This document shows, piece by piece, positions 29,416 to 38,642 of a stretch of 64,000 bases of DNA (position 1 is the first letter of the stretch; each line of letters begins with the position of its first letter). This stretch comes from a virus. The notes beneath the pieces are model-generated. The model searched no databases and had not been told where the DNA came from. It saw only the letters and a program-made list of their open reading frames with translations. Location of the stretch: the IMG/VR virus record IMGVR_UViG_3300035670_000182, one strand, 5' to 3'. The position numbers and the translations under genes were made by a program.

Positions 29416-30822
29416 ATGATTAACGTCAACCAAATCGCAGCCCAGCTCTCGCGCATGCCTGACAGCGCATTGCAGCAGTACGCCAACATGCACAAGGCAG
29501 ACCCCTACATCTTGTCGCTGGCAGTGTCGGAGTCAAATCGTCGCAAGCAAATGCGCACCGCCGCACAAGGCCAAGGCGCTATGCCCCAGCCAAAAGTAGC
29601 CGACGCTGAGATTGCAGGTATGGCTATGCCAGAAGAAGTTGGTATTGGCCAGCTCCCCGCCGAAAACATTCAGGGCATGGCTGGCGGCGGCATCGTTGCG
29701 TTTGCTGATGGTGGTGGTTATGGGTTTGGAAACACTGCTCAGCCACGTCAATACACCCAAGCAGAGCTGGCCGAAGCCAAACGTCTGCGCGAGATGGGCT
29801 TGTTTGATTTGCTGCGCGAGAAGTTTGGTCCGGCATGGGAGTCGCTGACTACTGGCCCACAACCACAAGTGCGTGAACAGACTTTCCAGACAGGAGTAGA
29901 CATTGGCGGGCCGGGTAGTAGCCCCGCAAACATGGGCGCGGCGCGTGTTGCTCCAACCGTCACTTTCGGCGACGATAAAGGCGGCGCTGGCGCGGATAAA
30001 CTCCCCCCGCTGCCCCCTACACAACCCGCTACACCCCAACTGGCCAGTGGCTTGCCCGGCTTTTTGAAAGCCGCGGAGAAGTTTGCCCCCGAGAAAGCTG
30101 AATCGCAAGAGTCGTTCTTGGCACGTCAAAAAGCTGCGATTGGGGATTCCCCCCTAGCCGCCCAGACAGAGCGTTTGGAAAAGCGTGAGAAAGCCGCCAG
30201 CGGAGAAAAAGAAGACGCATTCAACATGGCGCTTATCAAAGCCGGTCTTGGCATGATGGCCGGCAAGTCCCAGTACGCTTTGCAAAACATCGGTGAAGGC
30301 GGCGCAGCCGGTTTGGCGGACTACAACGAAGCCATCAAAGACTTGAAGAAAGCCTCGCTTGAACGCGAGAAGATGCGAAACGACCTTGAGAACGCGCAGT
30401 ACGCCTACAAACGCGGTGACTTTGACGCTTACGAAAAATCTCGTGAAAAAGCTGGCGACCGTCAAGCGTCGTACCGCAACCAGTTGGTGTCTGGCATCGC
30501 CGCTATCACTGGCAGCGAGACCTCTGCACGCGCACACCTTGCCGCTGCTGGCATGCCCGGCGCACAAGAGCGTTTGATTGGCCGCATTGGTTCAGACCCC
30601 CGCTTCGCTGCTGCATACGAGAAATACGCTTCAACGAACGCAGAAGCCAAGGGGCTGCCAGCACTGGCAGCTAAGATCGCTGCAACGCCCGGAGGCATGA
30701 TGGCGCTCAAGGCCGAGAACCCTGTGCTGTACCAAGCAATCAACGATTACCTGATGGGTTTGACTGGTGCGGGCGGTGTGCCTTCACCCATGAATAACCC
30801 CACTGGTGCAGCGCGCCCGTAA
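29416..30822 (+). CDS. internal virion protein
   Basis: 468 aa, helical. Precedes the giant gene. Confidence 0.4.
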   Translation: MINVNQIAAQLSRMPDSALQQYANMHKADPYILSLAVSESNRRKQMRTAAQGQGAMPQPKVADAEIAGMAMPEEVGIGQLPAENIQGMAGGGIVAFADGGGYGFGNTAQPRQYTQAELAEAKRLREMGLFDLLREKFGPAWESLTTGPQPQVREQTFQTGVDIGGPGSSPANMGAARVAPTVTFGDDKGGAGADKLPPLPPTQPATPQLASGLPGFLKAAEKFAPEKAESQESFLARQKAAIGDSPLAAQTERLEKREKAASGEKEDAFNMALIKAGLGMMAGKSQYALQNIGEGGAAGLADYNEAIKDLKKASLEREKMRNDLENAQYAYKRGDFDAYEKSREKAGDRQASYRNQLVSGIAAITGSETSARAHLAAAGMPGAQERLIGRIGSDPRFAAAYEKYASTNAEAKGLPALAAKIAATPGGMMALKAENPVLYQAINDYLMGLTGAGGVPSPMNNPTGAARP

Positions 30823-30844
30823 TAGCTAGAATCTAGCACCCGCT

Positions 30845-30872
30845 CAGCAGGACCGGCCCTGCTAAGTTTTTT
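30845..30872 (+). terminator. rho-independent terminator
   Basis: AGCAGG-ACCGGC-CCTGCT hairpin then AAGTTTTTT. A GCTAGAATCTAGC palindrome (30824-30836) lies just upstream. Confidence 0.5.
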
Positions 30873-30900
30873 CAAAGCCGCAAAAAATTCGCAAAACACT

Positions 30901-33900
30901 ATGCCTCAATATCTGCCCTTACCAGACGGTTCATCAGTAACTATTCGGGAGGGCGAGTCTCCCGCACAAGCGTGGGCACGAGCGCAGCAGATGTACCCCG
31001 AGGCTTTCGGGGCAGCCCCAGCAAACAAAGCTGAGTCGGGCTTCATGCCTGCGCTTAAAGCTGGCTACGAAGAACTCAAAGGTAGTACCGCCGCGCTAGC
31101 TGGGCGTGTTGGCATCACCGATATTGACGCCGCCGAAAAGTACCGCGCTGAGCAACAGGCCAAGGCACGCGGCATCTTCAAACCAACCGAAGAATGGGGT
31201 CTAACAAAAGGTCTTGAACTTTTGGGTGGCTCTCTGCCTTACATGGCTGCCCCCTTGGCCGCTGGCGCTGTTGCACCCGCTGGCCTCCCCACGCTCGGCG
31301 CCGCAGGCTTAGCTTCTTTGGCGCAGTTTACCGGCACCAACATTGGCCGCCAGATGGACGAAGGCACTGGTTTGCGAGAAACCAGTCTGGGCGCAGCCGC
31401 TGCCGGCGCCGTGCCTCAAGCCGCGCTTGATCTCATTCCAATGGCGCGTTACATCCCGGGCGTGCGTCAAATCTTTGGGTATGCAGGTAAGAAAATTAGC
31501 GCTGATGCCGCGGAAGAATTGGTCAAGCAAGGCACGGCTAAAGTCATGGCCGACTACGCCAAAGCCACCGGCAAGGCCATGGGCGCCGAAGGCGCAACAG
31601 AAGCTGCGCAGCAATTCATTGAGCGCTTGCAAGCAGGGCTGAACCTTACCGATGAACAAGCCCGTGACGAGTACTGGCAAAGCTTGGTGGGCGGTGCCGT
31701 GCTTGGCGGTGCGTTGGCCCCTGCCGGTCGCGCCATTGAACGCGGACAAATCAAACGCACACAGCAGCAAGAAGCTGAACAGACCGCCCGCAAACAAGCT
31801 TTTGAAGAACGCAAGGCGGCGAAGCTGGCCGAAGAAGAGCGCTTGAAGTCACCTGACTACGCGTTGGAAGTCCAGCAAAAGTATGAGGAGGCCGAAGCCC
31901 AGCGCAAGGCACTTGTTGCCCAGAAGATCAAGGTTGAGAAAGGCTCCGACACCGAGACCGCCGACCGCGCATTCAACAAAGACATCGACATGCAGTTGCG
32001 TGAGTTGTCTAAAACTTTGAAACCGCTGGCTACTGAACAGGCGCGTTTGCGCCCCGTCATCAAGCAAGCGCAAGAAGCCAAGCGACGCGAAGAGATGTCT
32101 CCGATGGAGTACATGCTTGAGCAAACCGGCGAAGTTCCTGCGGCCACCCCGGTCGAGCCCGGCACTATGCCGACGCCTGTTGAGCCAGAAGAAGTCAAGG
32201 TGCCTGAGGCTTTGCAGTTTGCCAAAGCGCAGATTGAAGCTGCCAAGTACAACGAGCTGGAGCCCGGCCCCGACGCATATACCGAGTACCTCATCAAACG
32301 CCCTGACTACGCACGCAAACTGGTGGACACCGTGACGGGCTTGCCCGGTCTGAGCCCCAAAGAAAGCCGCACCGTCTTGAGTCGTTTGCGCTCTGTGCTG
32401 GACTTGCAAGAACGAGAAGCTACCCGTATGGGCGAGGCAGGCACCGCTGCCATGCAACAGCGTTTGAGCACCGTTGAGGCCGAAGAACAAGCCGCGCTGG
32501 AAGCCAGCCGTGAAGCCGAACGCCAAGCCGCCTTGGACGCACAGGCCCAGCAAACAGAAGTGTTGCGTGAACAGCGGATTGCTCCTGAAGTTGAAGGTAT
32601 TCGCCGTTTGGGCAAAGTGCCCGAAGATTCTTTTAGTGCCGCCAATGCCGAGGCTGCCCGCGAACGTATGGCCCAGCGCCGACGCGACGAAGAGCTTGCT
32701 GGACAGTTAGTAGAAACCCTACCTCTGGGCGAAAAGCGCATGGCCCCCGGGCGCATCGAGACTGGCCGCGCCGGTCCAAAAGGTAACCGTAAAGAGCTGT
32801 TGACACAGCTTGCCATTGCGCGCATTACCGACAACCGTGACGCTGCGCAAGAAGCTATCGCTGGACTGCGTGACTTGTCCGCCGCCGATGAAGTGACAGG
32901 CCGTGGCCGCGTTGACGAAGAAACTTTGCAAGCCCTTGGCGCGGGACGCAAACCGCCGTCCATGCAGAGCGAAGCCCAAGCCGAGAAATATGTTGACGAG
33001 CAGAACTTGATCTTTACTGGCCTTGTTCGCCAGTTGGAAAACCGCCGCCGCATGGCAGGCAAACTATCGACGCCCGGCACGTTCCAACAAGATGTGCGTG
33101 ACGCCAAAGAAAAGTATGCTGCCGCGCACATTGCCGAGCTGGAAGCCCGCCGCGAGAGCTTGGGTTTACCCAAAATGGCGGACTGGGAAAAGGGCGAGTC
33201 ACGCGCCCGCGTGATGGAAGCGCTCAACGAGTTGGAAAACCGTTGGGGCCAGATCAAAGGCCGTAAAGCCGAGGCAGGCCAACGCACGTTTGGCGCACCG
33301 ATGGAAGCTGTCAAGGTGCTGCAACAGCAGATGCGCGACAATGTGAACGCGACAATCAACAACGCCATCACGCGTGACATGACACGTCAGACAGAAGAGA
33401 TTAGTACAAAAACTGGCGCGCCCAAAGACACGTATTACTATCAAGATGCCCAAGGCAACGTCGTTGAAGGTAAGAAGTTAGAAATAGAACGCAAACGGGG
33501 GCCGCAGCTTACTGCTGACGAGATCAAACTGCGCGGCGAACCGCGCCGTGCGGCAGACGAGAAAACGGACGCACTTCGCCTTATTGAGCAAGTACTTACT
33601 AACGTGGAACGCCGCACCCGTGCTGTGCCCGTCACAACAGCTAAGCCTACTGCCAAGGTCACTTCGCTTGAAGAGATTGCCAAGCTGTACGAAGTTGAGA
33701 AGACCGGCGGTTTGTCAGAAAAGACCGACCCCGCCACCGTCGAGTTGTTGCAGCAACTGCGCGAAGCATTGCCTGCCTCTACTGACCCAGAGTTTGCAAA
33801 GCTCTCGCGTGAAGTGGCGCAGCGCGTCATGGAAGGCAATTTGCCCAACGCCAACGATGTGCGCGACTTGAACGAAATGATGCAGGCTCAGCGTGATGCT

Positions 33901-36900
33901 GGCCAAAGCGTGACACGTCCCGGTGCTACCCCAGAAGAGTTACGCCGCACCAGCGCTCAACAGCAAGGCGCCCTGTTCCCAGAAGCCGAAGTCATGGTGC
34001 AGCGCGCTACGCCTGCCAACTTCCAACGCTTGCTTGACTCTAAAGATGTGCAAGGCATGCGCCGCGCTATTGCCGAGATGCGTGCCGAGAACACCGCGGT
34101 GTTGCAGCAGCTCAAGAAGTATGTGCCCGACATGCAAAAGTCCATGAAGGCGGCTATTGAGGGGTTGAACAAAGCTCGTGCACAAGTTGCAAAAGCTAAA
34201 GAAATTGCACAGGCCGACTTGATGGAGCCAGCGTGGTACGCCCCTGCCGTACGCGACGTTGTGGAGTACGAGACTGCCTTGCAGTCGTTGCCGTTGGGCA
34301 TCAAGCGTCTCAAAGAAATCCAACCCAAATTGGTTGGCAAAGCTCTTAAAGAGAATAAGCAAGAAATAAAACGTTTGCAAGACGGGCTGAAAGAAGCTCA
34401 AAACAGGGTTGACGGCGCGCGCAAAAAGCTCGACAGCTTGATGACCCAGTACCAAAAAGACGTGGTGCTGCGCCAAGCTACGCAAAACGCCGCCAAGCGT
34501 GCTGTCAAAGCAGAGAAGGCTGCCGCTGAAAAGTTAGCCAGTTTACGCCAGCAAGCCGCACAAGTTGAGGAAAGCCTGCCGCTGGACTCAACAGAGAAAG
34601 CGCTCAAAGAAGCCACGCAAGCTGCGCGTGAGGGCATGGGCCTGCCCGGTCGTCGTCTGGTTAAGGACACTACTGAAATGAAGCGCCGCGCCGCACAGAT
34701 TCGTAGCGGCATGGGCGGTCTTGAAAAGGCGCTGGACAAGGCTAAGAAAGCCAACAAGACCGAAGACGTCGAGCGCTTGCAAAACCGTTTGAACGAGCTG
34801 GAAAACCAGCTCGACTCGTTGTACGAGACCTCACCGGTGGTGGAGACAAAACTCAAAGAAGACGGCGAAGCGTTGCTTGACCAAGCGTTTGAAGACGCGC
34901 AAATTGCCTTAGCGGCAAAGCAACGCGCTGAGCTGGGCATCCCCACGCAGACGCTGGCTGGCCGCCGTGTTGGCCCCGTGGTTAAGAACGTTCGTTCCGG
35001 CCTAAAGTCACAAGCAGGCGAGCGCAAGTCTTTGAGCAGTGCAGCCGACGCTGCCACTGACGCTCTTGTTGCTGCCCGTGCTGAGCGCACAGAGCTTGAG
35101 CGCCGTGAGAACTACCTCAAAGACAACGGCAAGAAAATTCCCGGCGACTTGAAGCAAAAGCTCAAGGATGTTGACGCACGCATCAAAGACGCAACCAAAC
35201 TGGTCAACCAGCTTGCTACCGAGGAACGGGCGGCCCGCAAACTCGTGACCGCAGAAGGCCAGAAGGCTGTTGCCGCTGAGATCAAACGCGCTGATGAAAC
35301 TGGGAGCGTTCCAAATATTGGCACCGATGCAACAGAGACTACTTCTGCACAACAAGACCCGTTAACAGCGGAAGCAAAAGAAGCATTGGAAGACGGGCGT
35401 ATTTTGGACGTTTTGACGGACATTGCAAATAACAGCAAGGTTCCTTTCATTCGTGAAAACGCTGAAAAACTATTAAAGTTTGTTTCGCGTACTCGGATAG
35501 GACTTGCCCCTGATATAACTGTTAATGGGGCTGCTGTCCCCGCCGCTTTTAACTCAGAAGTAAACGCTATTGGTGTTCGCCCCGGCTACGAAACCGAAGC
35601 AAACGTTGTGCACGAGGCAACGCACGCAGCTACCATGCGCGCTTTGGAGGGGCCCGAGTCTTCTCTAAACGCAGATCAACTCGCAGCAAAGCAAGAAATC
35701 ATTGAAATTTTTGAAGCGCTTAAAGCTAAAGGGGTGCTTGAAGGCGAGTACGCGGCTAAAAACGTAAAAGAGTTTGCGTCAGAGGTTCAGTCAAACGCCG
35801 CTTTACGAAAAAAACTAGACACCCAAACACTTTTTGGGTCTACGGCGCTGCGTCGTTTTTTCAATGCTGTAATGCGCCTCATCGGCATGCGTCCAAAATA
35901 CGTTAACAGCGCCGAAGCACAAGCGGTTATTGAACGTTTGTACATGCAATCAGGAAAATTAGCCGCCCCCGCAGCTCCGGCGGGGCAAGCAAAAGCACCC
36001 GGCTTTGAAAATGCACTGGACGTGGCCAGCGAGGTGATCTCGCAGCCAAAAACCATTCGTGAGCGCATCGAAGCAAACCTCGGCTTGGCTTTCCGCACGC
36101 AGTTCTTGGACCGCCTAGCCCCGCTGGAGAAGATTGCCACCGAGTACATGGACAGCTTCAAAGGCACGCAGATGATGTACTACCTACGCATGATGGACCA
36201 GAAAATGTCTTTCGTGCAGCAAGCTGTTGGGCGCGGCGTGCCGCAGCTCAAAGCTATCGAGCGTCCTGACGGCGAGACCGAGTACGTGTTCCAAAGCGAA
36301 GACGGGCCAAACTTGGCCAAGGTTGTTGAGACCTTGAAGAAAACCCCCGGCATGAACGCAGCCGCAGCAAACCAGTTGTTCACGCTCTACTTGGGCGCTA
36401 AGCGTGCTGACCGTGTGGGGTACAACGCTTTGAACTTTGGCGTGTCGGAAGACAAACTGCGCTCAGCCGTGGCTGACATTGAAGCCAACGACGAGGTGCG
36501 TGCCGTGTTCGAGCAAGCCCGCGACGAGTACAACGAGTACAACCGTGACCTGATGAAGTTCATGGAGCAAACCGGTGCGCTCAAGCCTGAGGAAGCAAAG
36601 CGCTTGGCTGAGACCAACGACTACATCCCTTACTACCGCGAAGAAAACGGCAACGCCGTGCTGGTTATTGGTGGCGAAGGCACCTACAAGGTGGGCAACC
36701 TGAAAGACCAACCGCAGCTCAAACAGTTGATTGGTGGCGAAGAGAAGATTCTCGACTTCTTGACCTCTAGCGTGCAGAACACCAGCATGTTGATGGACAT
36801 GGGCCTTCGCAACCAAGCCACTAAGAACGCCATGTTTGAGTTGGTTAACTTAGGCTTTGCTAAGATTCTCAGAGGCGAGACTTCCGGCGACGACATTGTT

Positions 36901-38502
36901 CGTTTCAAGGAAAAGGGCGTGGACAAGTATGTGGCGATTGACGCTGCCGCCTCGGGCATTCCTGCTGAGCTTTTGGTCAAGGGCATGGAAGGTATCCCCG
37001 TCAACAACTCTGCGCTGGTGCAAGCCATGGCCATGCCGGCCACGCTGCTGCGCCGCGCAATCACACTGAGCCCGCTTTACGCAGCACGCCAGTTGTTCCG
37101 TGACTCGGTTGCCGCGCCGCTTTTGTCAGGCGCAGACTTCACGCCAGTCATGGGAGCTTTGAAACAACTAGGAAAGAGTGACACCCGTGAAAAGTTGGAG
37201 AGCCGTGGCATCGTGGGCGGCCAAGTGTTCACTGGCACCAACGAAGATTTGAGCCGCATCCTGAGCGAGTTGCAGTCCGGCAAGATTGGCGTGGGGCAGT
37301 TGATTGCTCGTGCCGAAGCTGTGGCCATGGAAGCAGACGCACTGACCCGCCGCGCCCAGTATGACTCGTACATTGCGCAGGGGTTGTCGGACATGGAAGC
37401 CACGCTCATGTCGCTGGAGTCTATGAACTTCAACCGTCGAGGTTTGTCGCCAAGCATGCGTCTGGCCAGCCAGTTGATTCCGTTCTTCAACGCCCAAGTG
37501 CAGAGTTTGGACGTGCTGTATCGCGCCATGTCAGGCAAGATGCCGATGAACGAGCGTCTGGATATTCAGGGCAAACTCTACCGCCGCGGCGCGTTGCTTG
37601 CCGGTACTGCGGTGGCCTACGCCATGATGATGCGGGACGACGAGGCTTACAAGAACGCTTACCCCGACGAGAAGTACGGCAACTTTTTCGTGCGCTTGCC
37701 CGGACTGGATGAGCCTGTGCGTATCCCCGTGCCGTTTGAAATTGGCTACATCTTCAAGGCGTTGCCTGAGGCCATCGTCAACTCTATGGCCAGCGAAGAG
37801 GGTGCGACCGAGGCGTACAAGGCGTTCAAGAATATCGCCATCCAAACCGTCCCGGGCGGCACATCGCTGTTCTTGCCAGCAGCGATCAAACCGATCGTTG
37901 AGAACGTCACCAACTACTCGTTCTACAGCGGGCGCGGCATCGAGTCCAAGGCCGAAGAGATGCGCCTGCCTGAGTACCGTTTCCGTGACAACACATCGGA
38001 GTTGGCCAAGAGCATTGGGCAGTTGACCGGCACATCGCCGTTGAAGATTGAGAACTTGATTCGTGGCTATACAGGCAGCATGGGCACGGCGCTGGCGCAG
38101 TCGCTGAACTTTGCTATGCCGACCGAGGGCACACCGGAGAAGGCAGCCAAGCGCTTGTCTGACGCCGCAGTGATTGGCCCGCTGTTCCAGCCTAACGACG
38201 CCGGCGGCATCATCGGCGCTACCTACGACCGCGTGGCTGAGATTCAGCAGGTTCAAAAGACCTACAACGAGATGTTGCAGCAAGGCCGCGCAGCCGAAGC
38301 CCGCGCATTCATGCAAGAGCGTTCAGAGGAACTGGCCAAGGCCGCCATCGCTGGCAACGTGCAACAGCAGTTGGGCAGCATCACCAAGGCGATGAACGCG
38401 ATCAAGGCTTCCAACATGCCGCCAGACGAGAAGCGCGAACAGCTCGACCGCATGCAGAAGCTTCGCATTGAAATCGCTAAGAACGCTCGTGGCCTACTCT
38501 AA
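30901..38502 (+). CDS. giant virion protein (2533 aa) with HExxH motif
   Basis: Single uninterrupted ORF. N-terminal third is predicted helical/coiled coil (E/K/A-rich). VVHEATHAATMRALEGPE (nt 35608-35660) fits HExxH plus a downstream Glu. No RNAP motifs A/B/C. Lies at the end of the structural operon, like podovirus internal core/ejection proteins. Weak or absent SD. Confidence 0.6.
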   Translation: MPQYLPLPDGSSVTIREGESPAQAWARAQQMYPEAFGAAPANKAESGFMPALKAGYEELKGSTAALAGRVGITDIDAAEKYRAEQQAKARGIFKPTEEWGLTKGLELLGGSLPYMAAPLAAGAVAPAGLPTLGAAGLASLAQFTGTNIGRQMDEGTGLRETSLGAAAAGAVPQAALDLIPMARYIPGVRQIFGYAGKKISADAAEELVKQGTAKVMADYAKATGKAMGAEGATEAAQQFIERLQAGLNLTDEQARDEYWQSLVGGAVLGGALAPAGRAIERGQIKRTQQQEAEQTARKQAFEERKAAKLAEEERLKSPDYALEVQQKYEEAEAQRKALVAQKIKVEKGSDTETADRAFNKDIDMQLRELSKTLKPLATEQARLRPVIKQAQEAKRREEMSPMEYMLEQTGEVPAATPVEPGTMPTPVEPEEVKVPEALQFAKAQIEAAKYNELEPGPDAYTEYLIKRPDYARKLVDTVTGLPGLSPKESRTVLSRLRSVLDLQEREATRMGEAGTAAMQQRLSTVEAEEQAALEASREAERQAALDAQAQQTEVLREQRIAPEVEGIRRLGKVPEDSFSAANAEAARERMAQRRRDEELAGQLVETLPLGEKRMAPGRIETGRAGPKGNRKELLTQLAIARITDNRDAAQEAIAGLRDLSAADEVTGRGRVDEETLQALGAGRKPPSMQSEAQAEKYVDEQNLIFTGLVRQLENRRRMAGKLSTPGTFQQDVRDAKEKYAAAHIAELEARRESLGLPKMADWEKGESRARVMEALNELENRWGQIKGRKAEAGQRTFGAPMEAVKVLQQQMRDNVNATINNAITRDMTRQTEEISTKTGAPKDTYYYQDAQGNVVEGKKLEIERKRGPQLTADEIKLRGEPRRAADEKTDALRLIEQVLTNVERRTRAVPVTTAKPTAKVTSLEEIAKLYEVEKTGGLSEKTDPATVELLQQLREALPASTDPEFAKLSREVAQRVMEGNLPNANDVRDLNEMMQAQRDAGQSVTRPGATPEELRRTSAQQQGALFPEAEVMVQRATPANFQRLLDSKDVQGMRRAIAEMRAENTAVLQQLKKYVPDMQKSMKAAIEGLNKARAQVAKAKEIAQADLMEPAWYAPAVRDVVEYETALQSLPLGIKRLKEIQPKLVGKALKENKQEIKRLQDGLKEAQNRVDGARKKLDSLMTQYQKDVVLRQATQNAAKRAVKAEKAAAEKLASLRQQAAQVEESLPLDSTEKALKEATQAAREGMGLPGRRLVKDTTEMKRRAAQIRSGMGGLEKALDKAKKANKTEDVERLQNRLNELENQLDSLYETSPVVETKLKEDGEALLDQAFEDAQIALAAKQRAELGIPTQTLAGRRVGPVVKNVRSGLKSQAGERKSLSSAADAATDALVAARAERTELERRENYLKDNGKKIPGDLKQKLKDVDARIKDATKLVNQLATEERAARKLVTAEGQKAVAAEIKRADETGSVPNIGTDATETTSAQQDPLTAEAKEALEDGRILDVLTDIANNSKVPFIRENAEKLLKFVSRTRIGLAPDITVNGAAVPAAFNSEVNAIGVRPGYETEANVVHEATHAATMRALEGPESSLNADQLAAKQEIIEIFEALKAKGVLEGEYAAKNVKEFASEVQSNAALRKKLDTQTLFGSTALRRFFNAVMRLIGMRPKYVNSAEAQAVIERLYMQSGKLAAPAAPAGQAKAPGFENALDVASEVISQPKTIRERIEANLGLAFRTQFLDRLAPLEKIATEYMDSFKGTQMMYYLRMMDQKMSFVQQAVGRGVPQLKAIERPDGETEYVFQSEDGPNLAKVVETLKKTPGMNAAAANQLFTLYLGAKRADRVGYNALNFGVSEDKLRSAVADIEANDEVRAVFEQARDEYNEYNRDLMKFMEQTGALKPEEAKRLAETNDYIPYYREENGNAVLVIGGEGTYKVGNLKDQPQLKQLIGGEEKILDFLTSSVQNTSMLMDMGLRNQATKNAMFELVNLGFAKILRGETSGDDIVRFKEKGVDKYVAIDAAASGIPAELLVKGMEGIPVNNSALVQAMAMPATLLRRAITLSPLYAARQLFRDSVAAPLLSGADFTPVMGALKQLGKSDTREKLESRGIVGGQVFTGTNEDLSRILSELQSGKIGVGQLIARAEAVAMEADALTRRAQYDSYIAQGLSDMEATLMSLESMNFNRRGLSPSMRLASQLIPFFNAQVQSLDVLYRAMSGKMPMNERLDIQGKLYRRGALLAGTAVAYAMMMRDDEAYKNAYPDEKYGNFFVRLPGLDEPVRIPVPFEIGYIFKALPEAIVNSMASEEGATEAYKAFKNIAIQTVPGGTSLFLPAAIKPIVENVTNYSFYSGRGIESKAEEMRLPEYRFRDNTSELAKSIGQLTGTSPLKIENLIRGYTGSMGTALAQSLNFAMPTEGTPEKAAKRLSDAAVIGPLFQPNDAGGIIGATYDRVAEIQQVQKTYNEMLQQGRAAEARAFMQERSEELAKAAIAGNVQQQLGSITKAMNAIKASNMPPDEKREQLDRMQKLRIEIAKNARGLL

Positions 38503-38642
38503 AGAACCACACGCCAATTAGCCCGCCCCGGATGCACGCCACTGCGCGTGCATCCAAAAGGCGAAGCTTCAAGGCAGCTTTCAATCCGTCTTGGCGAACA
38601 GCCTCAACGTCTAAGCAGGGGACGAAAAACCCCTGCCCTTTC
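38503..38642. terminator. convergent-transcription terminator region
   Basis: Two stem-loops (GGATGCACGC..GCGTGCATCC 10-bp stem; GCAGGGG-ACGAAAAA-CCCCTGC) between the converging late and early modules. Confidence 0.4.

Noticed and set aside
31849-35450. Series of long minus-strand ORFs (up to 357 aa) inside the giant gene
   Set aside because: All are antisense to one continuous 7.6-kb plus-strand ORF. Products are Ser/Ala/Arg/Cys-rich and low-complexity.
30901-38502. Giant ORF as an N4-like virion RNA polymerase
   Set aside because: No T7-like RNAP motifs (no motif A DxxGxR-like, motif B R..K..YG, or motif C HD) anywhere in the 2533 residues. Gene order also differs from N4-like phages, where the virion RNA polymerase gene sits at the end of the early/replication strand.
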